The notes under the pieces are model-generated. The model was not told the origin of the DNA and did not search any database. It worked only from the letters and a program-made list of their open reading frames with translations. Below, one piece after another: positions 60,643 to 64,000 of a stretch of DNA of 64,000 bases; position 1 is the stretch's first letter; every line of letters starts with the position of its first letter. Made by a program: the position numbers and the translations under genes. This DNA is from Gekko japonicus (taxonomy: Eukaryota): assembly GCF_001447785.1 (NCBI RefSeq), contig NW_015167588.1:131884-195883 (forward strand), read 5' to 3'.

Positions 60643-63145
60643 AAAGCGTGTTGGTGTATTTTAATATTAAATCCTTGTCATTTGCTGAAGAAGGAAAAAT
60701 GTGTAAGAGTGGGGAAAAATAGTTCTCTAGATTTGCCAGTAGAGGGAAGTGGTCCCAAGTGCCTCACATATTTTGGAGAGTATGAAAAAGGGCTGGAAGT
60801 TGGAATGAAGCACAGGAAATCCTGGTAGCCCACACATATCAATGTTTTGTTTAAGGAACATAGACGTGCTGGCATACCACTATTTATTGATACTGTCTAG
60901 CACTTTTTTTGTGTCAGGGTAGTAGGGCAGTGATGTAGCCGCTTAATGACTGATTATAACAGTTTGTTTTTCTGAAAGGAGTGGAGTTTGCAAATTAAAG
61001 TAGGCCATCAAAAAGACTCATTTTATTTCCTGCAGTACATTAACCATGAAATCATTATTCGAGGAATTTCTAATAATACATGTTCTTTGATTAATGCTGG
61101 AATGACTGATGTCTGCATTTGGATGTATTTTTAAACTATTTTATGCAAATATGGAAAATGAAATTATATCCAGTTCACATTAAAGCAGGGTCCCCCCGCC
61201 CTTTCTGGTTCTACTTCTTCTAGAGAAACAAAACAGAAATTCAGCAAGTAAGTAAACAGCATGAGGGGCAATTCTTCACTTGCGTGATTACACTGACTTT
61301 TGTAGACGTAATTGGGGAACTTTGCTGATTTTCATTGCTTACTAATGATTCTCTGAGGTAGCCTGTCCTGTTAAGGAGTAGACTTATTGATGACCTAGCC
61401 TTTTCATGGCACTGTGGAAATGGCTTAGGCATGCTGGCATTTGCTTAGCCCTTTCCTCTAAGCTAGTTTTGACTCAGCCACTGCTGCATATCATCAGGTG
61501 ATTTAAGTTGAAACAGCCATACAGTACTATGGAATAGGAAGTTTGGAGCAGAATGCTGCCTGTCCTGTCTCCCACCCCACAATCCTTTTTTAGAGATGTT
61601 GTCTCCATCCTTGACTTTGGGTTTACTAAGGCTCTGCCTGTGGAGTTGAGTATGAATCCTGGTCTCTCTTTTTAAATTTTCTTTTTATTGTTATGTTCCA
61701 AACACAGCAAACAGTTACAGGTTTCATAAATTGAAAGAAAATCATTACATTAAACACTTTTTCTTTCGTTATCACAGGCAGTCCAAACCCATTGTTTTGG
61801 CAAATCACAATAATCTGAACATTGATATTTCTTTTACTACGGGCATGGAAAGATTATTACTCTATCTACTTTCTTCTTGAGGTTTTTCTCCCTGCATAGC
61901 TATAAACACTGTCATTTCACATATCTTTTAATGTTTAAACTATTGTGAACCATTAAACTTAAACTAGTATGTTCAAATATCCATTCCACTTACATCTAGT
62001 TTGTATATATAAACTACAAGCAAAGTAAGTTGGTGTTCAGGTTACACTTTATCTTGTTTCTTGAAATAGTCCTCAAGAAGAGCTTCCCTCCTCAGGGTTC
62101 GTGTTCACCGAAAGAGTCTCTGCCGTCTCCCACGGTTCTTCCTGCCGTACAAATGCTGTGGACTCTCCCATTAGGAGGGTTGGGGGGGGGGGGGGGACCC
62201 CTGGAAACGACCATTCTTGAAGCTCGTTATATATCTTTAAGTCTGTTGAAATAATTAAAGTTATGATAATTTCTCCAGTCTTATTTCAAAGCCCTTTGTT
62301 GTGTCTCTTTAGTTTCTTCCTGGTTTAGTTTTCATTCCTGTTGAGCCTCTTCTATTTCCTAGTCTCTTGACTCCAAAAACTTTTATTCTGTTTGTTAAAT
62401 CACAGCGCCTGTTTGCTAAAAGTAAAATAAAAATAAAAATGGGGGTCCAGTCTGTCATGTGCTGCTGTTGTGAAAATTCTACCAACATTGGTTCAGTTCG
62501 TGGTCCTGGTTATAACCCTTTAAAGCCCTTCACAGCCTGGGACCCACAAATTTAAAGGATCACCCTTCCCCTTTGTCCCCGTAGGTCAGCTATACACTTC
62601 AGCTTGCCAACTTCTGGGTTTTCCCTCACTGAAGGTAGCCCACCTAGCATCAACTATGACCTGTGCTTTCTTTTTGGTCGTTCCCACTTTTTGGAATGGA
62701 CTTCCCAAGGAGGTGGGAGGGGCAACACCTTTGGAAACTTTCAGGACTTTCTATAAGTCTGTTTTATTTGCCAGAGCTTTTAATGGAGTGAATTGTGGTT
62801 TTATTATTGTTTGGATGTTTTAATTAGATATTTTAAGCTACTCGAGCTGTGGAAAAAAGCAAGGTATAAATGTTTTAATAAATAAGTGGAGTCTGCAGGG
62901 TTTGAAGAACGGCTTCTTTAGTAATGGATTTTGCCAGTGTATGTTATCCACATACTTTGATTTCTCCATGGATAGGACAGTGAAAATCAAAGTTTCTTTC
63001 TCTTAATTCTATTGTTCAACTTATATTAATGTATTTGAATTTTTACCATTGTAAGAGAAAAACCCAATTTTCTGAAAAATTGTCTTTTAGACATATTCCT
63101 TAAGAGAGAATTATTTTAAATTCTTTATCTGTCCATTGCAAATTT

Positions 63146-63345
63146 CCCCTGACCTGGATAGCCCGGGCTAGCCCAATCGGAAGCTAAGCAGGATTGGTCT
63201 TGGTTCGTATTTAGATGGAAGACCACCAAGAAATACCAGGGTCGTGATGTGGAGGCAGGCAATGGCAAACCACCTCTGAACATCTTTTGCCTTGACAACC
63301 CTACAGGGTTCGCCATAAGTCAGCTGTGATTTGATGGCATTTTCC
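63146..63345 (+). mobile_element. 5S rRNA-derived SINE with RTE/Bov-B-like tail
   Basis: TCGGAAGCTAAGCAGG..TGGTT.GTA.TT.GATGG.AGACC.CC..GAAATACC.GGGT matches 5S rRNA boxes A/IE/C; followed by GGCAATGGCAAACCAC...CTTTTGCC; partial reverse copy at ~39110-39160. Confidence 0.8.
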
Positions 63346-64000
63346 GCTGCCACCACTATAGTAAATTAAAGCTGAAGTATTTTAAAAAGAATAATGTATT
63401 GTTCCTTGATCATTGAGCAATCTCGTATATAAATATCTGATGCTTTAGCCTTTTATACAGACAATTTTTCCCTAAGCTCCTGCCCAATTAATACCTTGGC
63501 ATCCGCCACTAGGCATATATTCTGGAACTTATTAAGACTGTAAGATATTAATAGCAAATGTTATTCCTTTGAATAGGAAATGTTTATATTTTGGAATAAA
63601 ATTAATGCATTAAGTTTGTATGCCGATTTTAAATGTATTGTTAATTTAATTGCTATGATTTATAAGTAGACTTCTCCCAGCTGTGAAAGCTATGGGCCAA
63701 TCCATAGAAATATTTGATAAATGTTCTGAATCAGTGATTCTCAGTGACTTGGGAGCTCCCTGTGGCTCTTCTGAGCAGCATTCTCCAGTGTGGCATTCTA
63801 GAAATGCCTCACCCTCCTTAAGAAACAAGGGGAAAATGGTAACTTTAATTCGTGTCCCAGGATAAGGGAATAAGGATGTTCAGAAAAGAGTCTTGAGAGC
63901 ATTTACACATGTAGCACCCAGCATTTGCTGAGCTTTTTTCAGTTACAATATTTCAGAGCAGTTTTCAGCCAAACTTTGAACATTCTTGAGGTGATTCTTT

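Noticed and set aside
61620-62480. Possible old rearranged L1 pieces (endonuclease-start-like NNGFGLP..KEKVF and ORF1-like sequence)
   Set aside because: Similarity too weak to support without alignment
63146-63245. Functional 5S rRNA gene
   Set aside because: 5' end replaced, internal deletion and many mismatches, fused to a LINE-like tail
56690-64000. Final METTL4 exon (expected LELFARNL...WGNEVLKFQ)
   Set aside because: Not found by eye; probably beyond the right edge, so not evidence of pseudogenisation

Overview
Eukaryotic (vertebrate) genomic DNA, most likely a squamate reptile and probably a gecko (inferred from the SINE/L2/CR1/hAT/DIRS repeat complement). The window holds the conserved SMCHD1-NDC80-METTL4 neighbourhood. 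SMCHD1 coding exon 1 and its CpG-island promoter lie on the minus strand at ~5.2-6.5 kb. NDC80 is complete on the minus strand: 16 coding exons, 35228->8542, reconstructed CDS 1968 nt = 655 aa, all GT-AG and phase-consistent. METTL4 is on the plus strand with 7 coding exons (43752-56689); I did not find its last exon in the window. NDC80 and METTL4 share a head-to-head promoter at ~38.2-38.5 kb with a CDE/CHR element. The introns are dense in mobile elements: a young 5'-truncated DIRS1-type tyrosine-recombinase retrotransposon with intact ITR/ICR, a chromodomain Gypsy fragment with its 3' LTR, L1/L2/CR1 fragments, tRNA- and 5S-derived SINEs, and many hAT MITEs with 8-bp TSDs. The most unusual observations are (i) two insertions made only of the 5' end of L1-like elements, with no poly(A) and long flanking direct repeats (149 bp and 20 bp), (ii) two NDC80 changes at kinetochore-microtubule control sites (a duplicated RKxS Aurora-B motif in the tail; Cys at the position of human Tyr170), and (iii) the DIRS element beside an NDC80 exon. 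Most entries in the six-frame ORF track are spurious. Gene identities rest on my recall of the human proteins, not on a database search.
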